Origin: Oligoflexales bacterium
Lineage (GTDB): Bacteria > Bdellovibrionota_B > Oligoflexia > Oligoflexales > CAIYRB01
Direction: 5' to 3'
NCBI GenBank assembly: GCA_041736175.1
Contig: JBGSUI010000152.1
Span: 1 to 17,776, forward strand
DNA length: 17,776 nucleotides
Under the pieces are notes generated by a model. The model was not told the DNA's origin, searched no databases, and saw nothing but the letters and a program-made list of their open reading frames with translations. Of this stretch, positions 17,008 through 17,776 are shown piece after piece (position 1 is the first letter of the stretch; each line of letters opens with the position of its first letter). Position numbers and translations under genes: made by a program.

Positions 17008-17341
17008 GGGAACTCCAAAGTAGTTTGGCTTGTTCACGAATCAGTTGTAAAAAGGTCTCCTCCCTTTGGGTGTTGGCCTGGGGATCGGTGGAGACAATGA
17101 AAATATCTATTTTTTGTTGGCCCAATCGAGCACATATTGCTTGGCGCAGAAGCTGAGCCGTGGCCCATTTATCTTGGAGAGGTCCGATACACTCAATTAG
17201 TAAGTCGATGTCCCCGCCATTTTTTGTCAAATCAGTTCGGGAGCCATATAGTTTGACGCCATCAAGACTGCTGCCAACAATGTCTTGTGCTGCCTGCACT
17301 ATAATCTGGACTTCAACATCGCTCAGGCGCACCTCGCTCAT
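16979..17341 (-). CDS. Minimal nucleotidyltransferase antitoxin (MntA-like)
   Basis: LYGSR-x6-GGDIDLLI motif and third Asp in KIDI; AGAGG RBS; directly upstream of HEPN. Confidence 0.87.
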   Translation of the reverse strand: MSEVRLSDVEVQIIVQAAQDIVGSSLDGVKLYGSRTDLTKNGGDIDLLIECIGPLQDKWATAQLLRQAICARLGQQKIDIFIVSTDPQANTQREETFLQLIREQAKLLWSSRGKSSCDSA

Positions 17342-17379
17342 TCTTTGTGCCTCTTAATGAAGGTTCGCACTCAACAGCA

Positions 17380-17412
17380 TTGGAGTATACATTATCCCAG
17401 GAGATACTCCAA
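17380..17412 (-). promoter_or_regulatory. TA promoter with overlapping palindromic operator
   Basis: ttggagtat-N15-atactccaa; on the minus strand TTGGAG(17412-17407)-N17-TATACT(17389-17384). Confidence 0.6.
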
Positions 17413-17635
17413 GTGTAACCGTTCAATCCTAATGAGATACCATGCTTGCTAACGATCAGCTGGCCGACCAAGTGATCGCAGTCGTTTATTCTTTTGCAGT
17501 TGGAGACTCTTTCTTTTTGAAGGTAAACTCAAATTGGGTGGTACAGTCCGATTGATCAACGGTGAGTCGCCTTAAGACTTTGTTACGTTGGGATTGGAAC
17601 TCTTGAGAGATCTCGCCATCACTTTTGTTTTCGAC

Positions 17636-17696
17636 GGTGAAGCCTCCGTCCGAGCTAAAGACTCGGCGGCTTCCGGGAAACCGGGAGCACTTCACC
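17636..17696. other. GC-rich structured element; IS3-family terminal-repeat-like or structured leader RNA
   Basis: ggtgaag/cttcacc closing stem, ccgag-ctaaaga-ctcgg hairpin, gcttccgg-GAAA-ccgggagc hairpin; minus strand reads TGAAGTGCTCCCGGTTTCCCGGA. Confidence 0.4.
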
Positions 17697-17776
17697 AGAC
17701 CACAACCAAGAAAGGATCGTAAGAGTTAATGGTTGTAAACGATGGACAAGAAAATTCAGGCACCCTGGGATGGCGA

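Noticed and set aside
550..17357. Numerous 60-120 aa antisense or alternate-frame ORFs
   Set aside because: They are shadows of well-supported genes, with no independent motifs
17486..17695. 69-aa minus-strand ORF as an intact gene
   Set aside because: It starts inside the structured element, has no clear RBS and is closed by upstream stops; kept only as a possible IS remnant
17636..17770. Hammerhead ribozyme, ZTP riboswitch or c-di-GMP riboswitch
   Set aside because: CUAAAGA breaks the CUGANGA core, and the conserved motifs and stems of ZTP and c-di-GMP-I aptamers do not align
17729..17776. Possible plus-strand gene start at the right edge (ATG 17729 or 17742)
   Set aside because: Too short to choose a frame or a product
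1..17776. CRISPR array, tRNA, rRNA, integrase or intact transposase
   Set aside because: No regularly spaced repeats, cloverleaf or recombinase motifs were seen

Overview
Gene-dense bacterial window, probably Bdellovibrionota/Oligoflexia-like (inferred from the TIGR02147/DUF4423 and tandem DUF333 genes and several sigma28-like promoters). In order: 3' end of a gene, double zinc-ribbon protein (-), secreted SGNH hydrolase, aldehyde dehydrogenase, TIGR02147 regulator, DUF333 protein, uncharacterised membrane-anchored protein, TVP38/DedA protein, exported NagZ-type GH3, HrpB helicase (-), LysR (-) divergent from a HAD phosphatase / ureide-permease-like transporter / ketose 3-epimerase operon, POTRA-less Omp85 barrel, EF-P hydroxylase EpmC, MNT-HEPN toxin-antitoxin pair (-) with a palindromic operator, and a structured GC-rich element resembling an IS3-family end. 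I found no rRNA, tRNA or CRISPR array. Best leads: the kinase-less rare-sugar operon with its LysR palindrome; the unknown protein + DedA + NagZ envelope module with sigma28-like promoters; a pseudoknot-like structure over the ALDH start; and the element at ~17.64-17.70 kb. All family calls come from motif recognition by eye; no database searches were run.
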